Positions 40,901 through 54,707 of a stretch of 64,000 nucleotides of DNA are shown here, one piece after another. Under the pieces are notes generated by a model. It worked only from the letters and a program-made list of their open reading frames with translations, made no database searches and was not told the DNA's origin. The translations under genes were made by a program, and so were the position numbers. Source of the DNA: Phaeosaccion multiseriatum (lineage: Eukaryota > Protista > Ochrophyta, other classes); NCBI GenBank assembly GCA_965112735.1, contig OZ218958.1:496001-560000 (forward strand). The letters run 5' to 3'. Position 1 is the stretch's first letter; every line of letters begins with the position of its first letter.

Positions 40901-43148
40901 GAAGAAGAAGAAGAAGAAGAAGAAGAAGAAGAAGAAGGAGGAGGAGGAGGAGGAGGAGGAGGAAATGTGGGTAGGTGCGCTGAAGAGTTGGGGGATGGGT
41001 ACGTTGCCCCTGCCAACCAACAATGTCGCTGACCTTGAACCACGCTTGCGCGTCGGCTTGGCGGGGCATGAGTGCACGGATGTCTTGCCCGAGCTTCTGG
41101 ATGCGGTCCTGCTGGAGGTGCAGGTTGTCCTGTCGGTAGAAGAAGAGGGAGCGAGTGAGTGGGTGAGTGGGCGGTTCAGCGAGTGAGTGAGTGAGGGAGG
41201 GAACGGGTGAGTGGGTGAGTGAGTGGTTGGTCCAGCGGTTGGTGGTTCGGTGATCAGAGGAGAGAGATCAGAGATAAAGCGTTGCGAATGGGTCGGAGGA
41301 GAAGGCAAACAAACGGCCACTTTGCGCTTGCTTCAGTTCACTTCAGTTCATCAGTTTCAACTGTACCACGGCCTGTGAAACTGATACTCAAACTCACCAG
41401 GAACTCCGGGGGCACGCCCTTGAATATCTCCTCCACGGTGGGCGCAGCGTCAGGGGGGATGGGAGGGGGCTTGATGCCTCCGACAGACGGCATGTCGGGT
41501 GGGCCATGGATCTCCCAGCTTATCTGCAGCAGGAGGAGGGGGAGGGGGAGGAGGAGAAGAGGAGGAGGAGGGGGTGGGAAGAGGAGGGGGGGAAGGAGGA
41601 AGAGGAGGAGGAGGAGGGGGGGAGGAGGAGGAGGAGGAGAAGGAGGAGGAGGAGGAGGAGGAGGAGGAGGAGGAGGAGGAGGAGGATATACACACACGCA
41701 CGGAGAACACAGGATAGGGAGAGGGGGGTGAGACAGAGGGCAAAGGAGTGGCGTTCAGTAAGTGGGTAGATCTGGGATGGAAGTAGTGCCCAGCAGAGAG
41801 AGAGAGAGAGGGCTTCATGCCGTAGGAGCGGACAGGGACAGGGTTGAGCCCCTCCCTCATGGGATGTGGGGTGAGACGGGATGGGACATCCACACAGGTT
41901 TCTGTTTCGACGTATTGGACCCGCCTCCTCCCATTCGTTTCCCCGTTGGTGGTGGTGTAAGCACGATACGGACCTTAGGAGGGGTGAATTTCTCGACCTT
42001 GGGCAGCTCGATGCCCTTGAACTCACGGTCCACCTGAGTACCGACACCAACAGATACAGCATGAACAACAAACCACAAAAGAGCAAGACCAGCACCACCG
42101 GACAAGAAAGACCCTCCAACCACAACAACAACAACAACACCAAAAACAACGACGACCACCACCACCACCACCAACAGGAGGAACATCCATCCCCCAAGGA
42201 ACAGTCCTGCATGTGAAGTGAGTCAGTCATGACACTCCCTCCTCGCATCATACTCACCTCCACTCCCTTGGGGAAGAGGGCCTCGTTTCTCCAGAAAGGA
42301 TGTGCCTTTGTCCCCTCGCTGCCTCCTCCCCCCATACCTTTCCCAAAGCCACCGAAGTTGAGCTTGATTGGCTGGAGCTTGATTGGTGAGTTGAACTGAG
42401 GTAAGGGCTTCCTCAGTGCCGAGCCAATATTGTTCAAAGCGTCCATAGCCCCGCCACCACCTCCACCACCCCCGCCGCCAAAGGAGGGCCGGGGAGAGGA
42501 GTTGACGGCATCGGTCACGGCCTGAGAGATCTTGGACACACCATCGGAGACGCCATCAGCGGCGTCGCTGACTATTGAGGCGGTGGTGGAGGCGCTTTGC
42601 TGCGCCGCGTCTACTGCGGCTTGTTGCACAGCCTCGCTGCCTCCTCCTCCTGCGGCGGCGCTCACAGTGCTGGCGGCGCTGCTGCTTGCCCCAGTTGCCG
42701 TGCTAGTTGCCACCGTATCCACGCCCATTACCTTGGCCTCCAGCGCGGCGAGCTTAGCCTTGAGGGCAGCGTTGCTGGTGCCGGGGCCGCCGGTCGATGC
42801 TGCGACAGCCGAGCTCGCGTCGCCCAAGCTCAAGCCTGCAACGACCACACTTACCATCTCACGTCTCCGGATAGCCGCGGCGCTGCTGCTGCTACTGTCA
42901 TTGTCGTCAGGCACCATCAAGTGCTGTCTCTGTCGCCGTTGGCGCTTGCTGCTGCTGCTGACCCTGCTGTTCCTGATACATCTGCTGCTGCTCCTCCTGC
43001 TGTCGGTGCCGCCGGTGCCAGTGGAACTGCAAGAAGAGAGGGGGAAGGGAGTTTGCGAGTGATGGAAGAGTCCTTGTGGTGTGGTAAACGCCTGAGCACC
43101 GGGCAGCAGGCCAACCAAGACCAACGCTGCCGTTGTCTTCGGCGCCAT
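37663..43148 (-). CDS. Plastid-targeted protein with coiled coil, Pro/Ala/Lys-rich region and C-terminal SAP/HeH-like domain, ~10 exons
   Basis: MAPKTTAALVLVGLLPGAQA|F signal and RRREMV..AVAA. Coiled-coil exon ~39188-39400, APAPKAK repeats 38330-38960, last exons WRDLSASGFTRKTVAALK|AFCQARDLQVPKLDPSGQPTKKAEYLAVV. Some internal junctions are approximate. Confidence 0.72.
38088..38305. repeat. 24-bp minisatellite (CCAGCCACATACATACATCTCTCT) x9, intronic
   Basis: Contiguous near-identical units with no spacers. Confidence 0.93.
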
Positions 43149-44363
43149 CCTTCTCAAATCCTTCTCTTGCAAAGACGGAAACAGGGAGACGCAGAGTCAA
43201 TGACAAGACGTCGTCGAAGACGGCACTGCTGCTGCTGTTGCTGCGGCCTCCTCTCTGCCGCCGCTGTCCCGGCCTCCTCTACCCTCGAGGGCTGCCCCCC
43301 TTTGAAAAGGAGCGAAAGCCCACTTGGCAGCCCAAGGGCTGTCCGTGTCCCCCGGCCCTTGGCTTCCCAAACTTCTTCCCAGGGCTACAGGTCCCAACTC
43401 TCGCAATGCAAAGAGTGCCTTTGCCCCTGTCTGTGCTTCTCTGCGCTCTCTGTCTCGCGTCTAGACAAAAAAAATTCAAGAGAATCCATTTGGATTGCGT
43501 GGAGGAGGCATACATAACCCGTACGTACTCTTACGTAACGTACCCACCATTTTGCCGCCTCTTTCAAAATTTCGGATTTCGGTGCTCCACATGTTCTAAC
43601 AGCGTGTGTGCTGTGCTGGGATGAGACCAAGACCGCAAGCACAGCGAGAGAGAGAGAGAGAGAGGAGAGAGAGAGCGAGAGAGAGAGCGAGGACAGACAG
43701 AGAGCGAGCGAGAGAGGGAGGGTGAAGAGAGGGAGAGATACTTTTTCACAAAGAGAGAGCGAGAGAGAGAGAGAGAGAGCGAGAGGGAGCGAGGATTTTG
43801 TGTGTACATGTGCTCTTATGGCTCGCCACTACACAGCTACTCCCTGCTCCTCCACTGTTCTTTCTCTGACAGTCCACCCCGACGGTGGTCCCCTCTTCTC
43901 CTCAGCAACTACGGGCAGGCAGGAAGACCGACGGACACGGCAATCCAGCACAGGGCAGGCCTACTTGCCTCCCCTCTCTTCTTCTGGGTGTATGCAAATC
44001 GCTGAGCAAGTACAGACGAGACGCGCAGGGCAGACGCACCACGCCTGCCCTCCTCTTGTACCTAACCCCCCTCTTACCCTCCTCTAACTACGTCCACCAC
44101 CCCTCCTCGAACTCCGACCCTCGCCTCTGAGCATCTCCGAGCATCTCCGAGCTGCGCCCCTCCACCCAAAAGTCGATCCTCCCTCCCATCGTTCTTCGAA
44201 TGGGCTTCGTTCCGCCTCTTGCGCCCTGCCGCCGACGCCACCGCCACCATCGCCACCCTCTTCAGCCCTCTTCGACCGCCACAACCACAGCCACATACGG
44301 GGTGCCTTGAGCTGCCATCGCTAGGCGAAAGCTGCCATCGCCTGGGCCGGCCTTGGTGCCACC

Positions 44364-47300
44364 TTAAGCTGCCGTGGCCTGGTTGGTGAGGGTGAAGTCC
44401 CTGGCCTGCCACTTGTCCTCCTGCCAGTACACCGCCTCCACCTTGCGGCCGTCGAATGTGCGCCCCGACAGGTTCAGGAAGCCCTTGCCCGCCCCTGGGC
44501 CATGGAATATTTCATGCATCGGGGCATGCGGAGCACGGGACAGGGAAGAGGGGAGGGGGGAAGGGAGGGGGAGAAGGAGGGACAGTGGAGAGAGGGAGAG
44601 AGAGTGAGGAATACAACAACTCCAACACTACCACCACCGACAATAATAACAAGAACAATAACGGCAACAACAAGAGCCCACCCTCCCCTCTCCTGCTCTT
44701 CTCTCCCCTCTCATACCCTACCATACGGCCCCCCTTCCCTTCTCCTACCGTATCTGCCAGGCCTTCACACTCGACACACACAAAGCCACCCCTGGCCCCC
44801 CACCTACACAACCCTCAACCAACCAACCAACCAACCAACCCAACCAAAACCCATCCTCCCCCGACGGGCCCCCCTCCCCCCCCCCCCTACCCATACGCCT
44901 CGACCCTTACCTGCCAGGTCTTCAAACTCGACAAATACAAAGCCCACTCCGGGCTTCTCTGCCTCCGAGGAAGTGCTCGGCCTTGGGATGTGCACGGTCT
45001 TCACTGCCCCAAAGTTCATGCACTCCTCCTTGGTCTCCTCCTCGATATCGCCCAGAGAGGCCTCGTCCGCGAGGTCATTGCCCGTTACCATGTTGTTCAG
45101 CCGGAGCACCTGGCAGTCACAGATGGCAGTGTGTGTGTGTGCGTTTGTGTGGAGGGAGAGGGTGCATGTGAATTGGAGGACAAGTTTTATCCATTGTCGT
45201 TTGTCCCATTCACATCACCCAGCAACTACACCCACCCCGCCGGAAAAGGGAAAGTGGCATAACGCCAGCACCTGAAGGCAGGAATTAAGCATCTTCAAAA
45301 AAGCACTTGAGTCAAACTGGCACCAAAAGACCCGCAAAATGACCTGAAACTGAAACTGAAACCTCAGTGCTCACTCCACTCACGCACCCACGCCCTCAAC
45401 CCCCTCACTCACTCCCTCACTCCCTCCCTCACTCACCCTTGTCAAGGCCTGCCCAGGGGCGGGCGTTCCCCCAAAGCCCGCCGCCCCTGCCGCTGCCGGT
45501 ACTGCCGTTGCACCGCCCCCCGTGGACACGAGGCCCGTTGCGGGGTCCACGGACAGCTCCCCGGCCATAAATTTGGCGACGACGTCCTCCCAATTCATAT
45601 GCGGAGTAGGCGGACCTATTGATTCAAAGAAGGGAAGGGGGGGGGGTGGGGGTAGGAGGGGAAGGTGATGGTTAGGAGGGAGAGCATCACCCACCCACCC
45701 ACCGACACACTCACACCCACTCACACCCACTCACACCCACTCACACCCACTCACACCCACTCACACCCACTCACAGACACCCCCACCCCCACCGAGACTC
45801 ACTCACACTCACCTACACACGCTCACCCACCCACCGAAACTCACACACACTCTCACACATACACACACACTCACACTCACACACACACGCACATACACTC
45901 ACACACACACACACACACACTCACCTGGGTACTTGGAGGGTCGGTTAACACGCAGGTGTTGCCCCATGAAGGGAATGTTGTTGAGGCTGAGTATGTTGGT
46001 CGCCTCCTCCACGCTTCGGCACTCTGCAAAGGCGAAATTCCCGCTGCAGCGGCAGGAGATGATAGGGCCAGAGGGGTCTTGGGCGCCGTTCTCGAACTTC
46101 TTGGTAAAGCCCACCTGGGTTGAGATGAGGGCGTGAGTGAGTAGGTGAGGGAGTAGGTGAGGGAGTGAGTGAGTGAGTCAGTGAGGATGGAGCAGAGACC
46201 AAGACCATTTGTATGTGTAGCATGACCGAGGAGGGAGGGAGTGGTGAGTGAAAAGGGTCACTGCGGGAAGGTAGCGTTGTCGGCCACAGCATGGCGCTGC
46301 AAAGACAAGAGGCTAAAATAAAAGCCTACCCTGCCCTGGTCACACGCAACAGAAAGGGCCGACTGCCCATATGCTGCTACTGCTGCTGCTTCCGCCAAGA
46401 GGAATCTTGGCGTGAAGTTTAGTGTCAGTTCGCCCGAGCGCCGCACTTGTTTACCTGCATCATGGTGCTGGACAGGAACTCTTTGAGCACGTCGGCTCCG
46501 ATGGTGTCGTTGATGTTGCCTGAGGAGAGAGGGATTAGAGGTGTATGGGGGAGAGGAGATACCACATTTGATTCTTTTCAGCAACACTCCAATAAAGTAG
46601 GGGGAAACACCGTGCCTGGAGGAGCTGAACAATAGCAACAACCCCAACAACCCCACCAAAAAAACCACCAACATCCCCCACCAGCAGGAGGAAGTACGGC
46701 CTCCTTAGATCGATCCTTAACAGTCAACAGTAAGCTTACGTAAGCTTACGTACGTACCGATGTAGACCTCCCTGAGCACCTTCGTGTTTGGGTCCACAAG
46801 GGTGGGGTCTATCTGCTGCCCCGTGAGCGCCTGCCACGTGGTGGTCTGCACGAGCGGCCCTTGGTACTTGGAGGGCCGACCCACCTACGTGAGGCATACG
46901 GTACGCATACGGCAGATGTAGGGTAGAGAGAAAGTATAAGTGTTGTGTATGAGTCTATAAAGGAATGACACGTGAGGCATACGTGAGGCATGTGGTAGGC
47001 ACATAGGTTACCCACCTTGAGGATCTCTCCCATGAAGGGAATGCCTGTGAGAGAGAGGGCCTTGTTCGTCTCTTGCACAGAGCGCAGCTCTGCATAGAGG
47101 CAGGCATACGGGCCGAGGAGGGAGAGGGATAGAGAGAGAAGAGAAGAGAGGCAGACGGATACAAATGCGTCAGCCGGTCTCCACACACACCCTGACAGTG
47201 TCTCGCCTTCGGGTATGACGACGCACCCACCCACACCCACACCCACACACACCCACACACACCCGCGCATGCACACCTACCTATGAAGGCGAACTTGTTG

Positions 47301-47459
47301 TTGACGCGGCAGTTGATGATGGGGTTGCCTGGTGACGTGGTCAGCTTTACCTGGGTGGAGGTGTATGGAGGGGGAGGGAGGGAGGGAGGGAGAAGACGGA
47401 CAAGGGGTTGGCTGCAGGCACATCATACACACGATTTATGTTCGAACAAGATGATGAGA

Positions 47460-47497
<38 letters not shown>

Positions 47498-49120
47498 CAA
47501 CAAGGGGAGGGGAGAGAGCTTCGGGGTTTTGCATCGTCGCTTCGCTTGTGTTGTTGTTGTTCCAGCACGTGACCGGAGAGAACAAAGAGCGATTCCATCC
47601 CGTCTTACCCACAGCAGGGCACCCTTGAAGGCACATAAGGAGAGGGGGTGAGCTATGGTGGGTTGGTTCAGGCATTCAGACATTTGACAAAAGAAAGACA
47701 GGTTCGGGCAATCAGACATTGACAGAAGGCAGAGAGTGGTTCAGGCATTCAGACATTGATTGATTCAGTCAGACAGAGAGAGAATTGGGAATAGAAACAA
47801 GACAGAGAATGGTATTCAGACATTGATAGAAGAAAGGAAGGTGTAGAGGAGAGGGGGGTAACGGGACGGTATGGAGAAGAGAAGGGCAATTGCAGCAGCA
47901 ACGGGAGCACCGACAGCAGCAACGACACCGACAACAGCAGCAACGACAACAACAGCAGCAACAACGACAACGACAACAGCGGCAGCGAGCAGCAGCAGCG
48001 AGCAGCACAGTAACCGAAATAGCGTTGAGTCTCGCGAAGAGGGGTCGAGTGCATACCATAAAGGAGGAGGCAACAATGAAAACCAAACCCAAACAAATCC
48101 TGCTTCATCTTCCTAAGCCTCTTAAGCCTGTGCTTGAGGTCAACGTCCAGCATGGTGGGCGGGATAGGTGGGGTGGGACCGGCCCAACCCCTCTTTTCAC
48201 CTACATGTGCTGGCTTGTTGAGCCTCCACAAACTACCACAACAGACACACCCCAAGATGTCAAGCATACATTACCAGACGAGTGAGACGAGTGAACCCTC
48301 CCACCCCACGAGAAGGAATACGGCCAACAAGCCCAAGGACACGTACACATACATATACACACACACACACCTGCCTCATTGCCGCGTTGAGGAACTCCAT
48401 GAGTACGAACTCGGAAGTGTTGGGGGGCGTGTTCCCCACAAAGAGCTCCCGCAAGGTCTTGTCAGCGAGCACCTGCTGCTGTTGGACCGACGACATTTGA
48501 TTCATCACACCCGGAAAGCCGCCAAGTGCTGCAGGCACTGCTCCTGCTGCGCCTCCTGCGCCCATGGTATTCATCTGCAGCTGAAGCGCCTGCTGCTGCG
48601 CCAGTTGCTGCTGCTGAAGAAGCAATGCCACCGCCGCAGTCTGCTGCTGCGCAGCAGCACCCGCACCACCAACACCAGAGGCAGCAGCGGTTGCCCCCAT
48701 CTTCGCCGCGAGGGCCGCCGCCGCCGCCGCCGCCGCCGCCGCGCTGGGAGGAGCTGCGTCCTCTGCAGAGGCACGAGTAGGCACCTCAGTCATGGTCGCT
48801 GGTCGCTCTGATCGGCCAGCAGAGCGGCTCCGGCTCCGGCTCCTCCGGCTGCGCTTCTCTCTACTCCGGCTGCGGCTGCCGCTGCGCCTCGACGACCGAC
48901 GTCCACCGCTTCTGCTGCGGCTTCGTCGATGGCGCCGGCTGCGGTCGCTGTCTCTGTCCGACCGAGAACTTGTCCCCTCCTCTCGGCGGGATGATCGTCT
49001 GCTGCTTCTCCCTGGCGATCCCGATCTAGATCTTGACTTGTCTGCACCCGCACCCTCAGGCGCCGGCGGCGCCTCCCCTCCTCCCCCGCCGCTCACATTT
49101 TTGTCCTCTGCGTCCTCCAT
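44364..49120 (-). CDS. U2AF large subunit (U2AF65)-like splicing factor, 9 exons
   Basis: RS domain; RRM RELFVGN..NNKFAFIELRS..KVGRPSKY; second RRM REVYIGN..GNFAFAECRS..RVNRPSKY; C-terminal UHM VLRLNNMV..EETKEECMNFGAV..IPRP..GVGFVFVEF..LSGRTFDGRKV. Confidence 0.88.
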
Positions 49121-49512
49121 AGCGTGGGGATTGCGTGAGGATTACCCTCGCTCCCGCGGCTGCTCTGTGGCAGGAAGCCTCTCTGTTTGGGTCTGCCCTC
49201 CCCCCCTGGGCCTGAGAATGCTGAGACTCAAGACCTGGCGGGACTGTTCCACGCGGGAAGTGTTCCAAAGAGGGGAAAAATAATGAGGAGTATTAAGCTT
49301 TGAGAGGCCTCTCCTCTTCCTCTCTCTGGGTTCATATCTACTCTGTGATCTAGAGAGGGTCTGCGGGCCTCGGGCGTCTTCGTTTCGGGGGGGAACTGCA
49401 ACATCAATCCAAGGGCAGAGTGCAGAGTCTTCTTCGTACCTAAACAACACAGCGGCCAAGGAAGAGCAGCTGCAGAGAACGACACGGCAACACGAAGAAA
49501 GAGGAAGAGAGC

Positions 49513-51128
49513 ATGAGTGGTCTTATGCGTGAAGAGGTTGATCGAGTGTTTCGATCGCACGGCATCTTCGATGGGGTGAGCGTCAACCTCGCTCAAGCAC
49601 TGGACGCTCTGGACACTGCAGTAGCTGCAGCTGAAGCTGTAGATGGTGGCGGTGGTGGCGGTGGTGGCGGTGGAGGAGGAGGAGGAGAAGGAGGAGGAGG
49701 AGGAGGAGGAGGAGGAGGAGGAGGAGGAGGAGGAGGAGGAGGTGGAGAAGGAGACGTTGGCGATGGTGGAAAGGAGACAGAGACGAGTCTGAAGCTTAAA
49801 GGCGATGAGGAGGGGGAATTGCGAGGGATGCGAGCCGACATCCAGGCTTCCGTGGAGCGATCAGTGGGCGAGGTGATGGACGCGATGCTGGCATCGTACC
49901 TGCACCCAGACACCACACCCACCGCTACAGATGGTACGTTTGTCTCTGCAAGGGAAAGAAGTAGGTTTTAGACACATCCCTCTGATAGACTGACACAAGC
50001 CTCCCTCTCTACTCCTCTGCTCCTCCTCTCCTCCTCCTCTCCCCCCCAGGGGACGACCTCGCCGTGTGCCTGGAGGTGGTTGGTGCCGTTCTGCGACTCT
50101 TCCCCGCGGGCAGTGGGCAGGCCATTGGGCGCTGCTGCCGGCCTCTGCTGGTTGTGGCTGCGGCCAAGTTGGGCACAGGTCGGGGAACTGGATTGTTTGT
50201 CTCACGCCCTGTCCTTCAAGTCCCTCGCTGGCTGAATCTTTCGCGTCGCTCAGTTCCCCCCTCAACCAACCCACTCACTCACTTTACTCTCTCGCTCGCT
50301 CACTCACTCACTCACTCACTCACTCACTCACTCACTCATTCACACACTCACTCACTCACTCACTCACTCAACTCACTCGCTCACTCACTCACCGACTCAC
50401 TCACTCACCGACTCACTCACTCACCTCGCCTCACTCACTCACTCAACTCAGTCGCTCACTAAGTCACTCCGAACATTCGGAACTGATGTACTGCAAACTG
50501 AACGACAGGTGTTGCCGGTGTGCGACTCGCTCTGAGGCTGATCGCAGGCCGTCCTTTGCTGGTGCCTCAGCCTCTCTCTGAGCAGGAGTTGGTGATACAG
50601 CAGCAGCAGGTGGTGATGCAGCAGCCTGGGCCCCTCCCTGGCGCTGTGGACGTCCAGACTCGTGTGGCCTTCGCCTCGGCCCTCCGTGCTCACCTCCAAG
50701 ACACCCCGGTGGAAGCTCTGTTCCACTTTCCGGGCAGCAGGAGCAATATCGGGAGCAGCAGCAGCAGTATCGGGAGCACGACCAGCAGCAGCAGGAGCAG
50801 CATCGGGAAGAGTGGCAGCAGCAATGTCGGAGGCAGTCATATGGGCAGACCGAGCCAGAGCCCCCTGTCCTGCGGGCTGAGACTGCCCATACAGGGCTTT
50901 GAATGGGGCCGCTTTCGAGGCTTCACCTTCTGTATGTGGCTCCGGCTCGAGGGGGAGGAGGAGGAGGAGGGGGTGCCTGGGCAGTCCTTCAAGCCCATTA
51001 CGCCCTTTAAGCTCTTCTCTTTCCGCAACACCGCGGGGCAGGGCGTGGAAGCCGTCGTCAGGTAACGCTATCGTGGTGCTCTTTTCTGTGTTTGGATATA
51101 ATTTCCCCCAGCACTCCTCCTCCTCCTC

Positions 51129-51172
<44 letters not shown>

Positions 51173-51173
51173 G

Positions 51174-51231
<58 letters not shown>

Positions 51232-52350
51232 CTCCTCTCCCCCCGCATGTGTGCTTCTTGTCTCTTATGCTCCCTGTTCTCCCTCCCCATTCAGCTCTGC
51301 CACGGGGCAAGAGGCCCATGAATTGGGGTGCGGCAGGGGAGGCCCAAACACAGGTACGGCACTCATCATGTCCGTTACTTCCTTCCCCCGGGTGGGCAGG
51401 GCCAAGACCGTTCGTTTCGTGCTCGGCGGAGGCGGAGGAGGAGGAGGAGGAGGCAGGGGTTCCCTCTCGCCGGGCCGGTGGCACCTCCTGAGTGTCAGCC
51501 ACACGCTGCCCTACCTCAAACGCTCGACAGTGCGGGTGACCGTTGATGACACGTAAGATGATTGTGTTTTCGTGTAGAGTGTACATAGAGCTGTGGTGAG
51601 GTTACGGTTACGAAACTGCTCGTTCTCGTCCCGTCATCTGCTCAGGCTTGCCCTTCCTCGGCCTTGCACTGTCTGGCCTGCTCTTGCTCTGCCTCGACCT
51701 TTCCCTTCCTCCTTTGCTGGAAACCCCTCCTTCCTCTCTGTTCCTTCTACCCCCACTCTTGTTTGTGCTTGACAATTGACTCCCTCTTCTCCCTCTCTCT
51801 TCCCTCCGTCTGTCCCTCTCTCTCTCTCCTCTCTCCCTCTCTTTCCCTCTCCCTCTCCCTCTCCCTCTCCCTCTCCCTCTCTCCTCTCCCCCCCCTCTCT
51901 CTCGTCCCCTCTCCCTCCTGCCCCCTACCCGTTTCCTCTCCTCAGGGTGTGTGGCAAGAGCCTGGAGCTTGTGTACATGTCGTCCTCTGGAGGCGGCAAG
52001 TCCGATAACATGGACCGCTCGGTGCTATGTGAGGGGTTTCGTGGCAAGGCCACACTCGCCGCTCTGTGGTGAGGAGAGGGAGGAGAGGTGGTGGGAGGGA
52101 GGAAGGAGGAAGGAGGGAGAAGGAGAAGGAGAAGAGAGAGAGACGACGAGTGAGAGTAGAGGCGAGAGAGAACGCACAGAGAGAGAGTGCTGAATGGAGG
52201 GAGGGAGGGAGGGAGGGAACGATGGAGAGGGGGGGTAGAGATGTTGGCGTGTGTAGGACTCGATGGGGACGGGAGGAGGGGGAAGGGCAAGAGGAAGTGC
52301 ACAACACAACGTCTTTCTGTTCTTGGCGGCCTGTGTCTATTCCGTTCCTC

Positions 52351-52382
<32 letters not shown>

Positions 52383-54345
52383 AACTCAGTCTCTCAGCCC
52401 TCTACTCTCTCTCTGTCCCGGCTGCGTCTCTTATCAGGGAGGGAGAAGTGGACCTGGAGATGCTTCGTACCGTGTGGAGCGCAGGCCCTAATCACCTTGC
52501 CGGCGCCGCCCCCCTCCCCACTCCACAAGGCAACCCCTCCCTGCACACCCGGCTACTCAGTGGCGCCACACAAGGGGCTAAGATGGCAGCAGATGCCAGG
52601 CTCGTTTGGGCCTATCTGCCTCAGATGTGCGTCGTGTCAGGAGGAGGAGCAGGCGGAGGTGTTGGTGATCAAGTGCGCATCTGTGAGTGGCGGCCTGTGG
52701 GGCACGTGCGCATGTGGAACGTCGTTGTTACCGCCGTCGGAGGAGGAGGAGGAGGAGGAGGAGGAGGGGGAGGGCAGGGCAGCAGCAGCAGTGGAGGCCT
52801 CGGCGCCAACAATAGCAACAGGCGGGCGGTGCTGCAAGGGGGGGCGGCGGTGAGCTTCCCCTACCACCGGAGAGTTGGTGATCCAGCAGCAGGGGCGGGG
52901 GCAGGAGTTGGTGATCCAGCAGCAGGGGCAGGGGCAGGACGCCCCTCGGGGGGGTTGGCCACAGGGGCCCCCCTGGGCGTGCTGGAGGCGTGGTTTCGAG
53001 GAGGAGGTACGAAAGCCCTCTTGTATGCGCTCGCCTCGGTTGTGGACGAGGTCTGCAGCGCGAGCGAGAGCGCTGCGTTGAGAGAGGGAGAGAAAGAGAG
53101 GTGCGCGGGTGGGGGCGGTGACAGTAGCGGCAGCAGCAGCAGCAGTAGTAGTAGTAGTATCAGTGGGAGTAGTAGCAGCAGTGAAGGATGGGTCAAGGCA
53201 TCTGTGTCGCCTCCGCCGGGGCCGGAGGGGGAGGGGGCACCCACATCGAGCAGCAGCAGCAGCAGCAACAACAACGACAATGGCCAGGGAGGAAAGAGCT
53301 CTTCTTGTACACCGCATGACCCCTCCAACCCTCCTCACTGGGCAGCCTCCATGGTTAGGCAGCTCCTGCTCATGCTGGGCTCTCTGCTGGAAGGGAGCCC
53401 CACTCACAGGGAGGAGTTCCTGCAGATACACGGCTTCCACCTGCTCGCGGTGGTGCTCCAGAGGCTGCCGATACACTCACAAATGGCGCCCCAGTCACAG
53501 GTGCCAATGGCACCGCAGTCAGAGTCGCAGTCACAATCACAGTTGGAGTCTCAGTCTACGGAGGTACAACACATAGTGCTGGACTTGGGTGTGGCGGAGG
53601 CGTGCCTGTCTCTGCTGCGGATATGCGTGGGGAGGGGGGAGGCGGAATTGGCGGGGGCGGCCTTGCAAGGACTGCTTATGGACTTTGCGCTCTGGTCACG
53701 CACGCGCCCACAGGTCATGGCGAGTGTGCTTGGGGGGGTGAGAGATATATTGGGGGTGGAGAGAGGAGGAGGAGGAGGAGGAGGAAATAGCAGCTGGGTT
53801 GGCGATGACGGCGACGATGACCAACACCGAGGTGAAGGGGGAGGAGGAGAAGGGGGAGGGGGAAGATGGGGAGGAAGGATGTGCCGCATTGGGCTCCTAA
53901 GTACGTACGTGGGCACGCCACAGCTGCTTGACGCAATGAGGGTGCACATGGTCAACAATAAGGCTCTCATGGATGAATCTTCTGGTCAGCAGCCGCAGCA
54001 GTTGGTGGTACAGAGCAGTCCGCTGGAAGCGTGCATGCGGGCCTGTGAGGCGCTGCTCCTCGCCATGCTGGAGAGCAGCCTCGCTCAGGTGGGTGGGTGT
54101 GTATCTGGTGTCAGGTGTCAAGTGTTGCGTGTTCTCTCTCCCTGCATCTCTTCTCGCGCGCACTCTCTCTCCCCGTCTCTCTCTTCACTCTCCCTCTCTC
54201 GCCCCCTCTCCGTTTCCCTCTTATCTCTATATCTCTCTCATTCTCGTCCTCTCCCGCTCACTCTCTCATCTCTCTCTCTCGTCCTCTCTCTGGATCTACC
54301 CTCCTGCCGGTGTATCACCGATCCCTGCCTGCCTGCCTGCCTGCC

Positions 54346-54382
<37 letters not shown>

Positions 54383-54413
54383 GCCTGTCTGCCTGTCTGT
54401 CTGTCTGTCTGCC

Positions 54414-54458
<45 letters not shown>

Positions 54459-54673
54459 TTCTGCCCCTTTTGTGACGCAGCACGATCCCCAGATGGCGAC
54501 GGCCTCTCGCTACCGCCCCGCCCGGCACGAAGACGGGGAAGGCAGCCCCAACAGGTGCAGATGGAGGCATGCGGGGGGACAGAGTTGGAGACATACGGAG
54601 CGTATGGGGAGGGAGGGGAATATATTTGAGGGACCGCCCCCAACGCTCACTCGATACACTTCAATTGTTTTGT

Positions 54674-54707
<34 letters not shown>

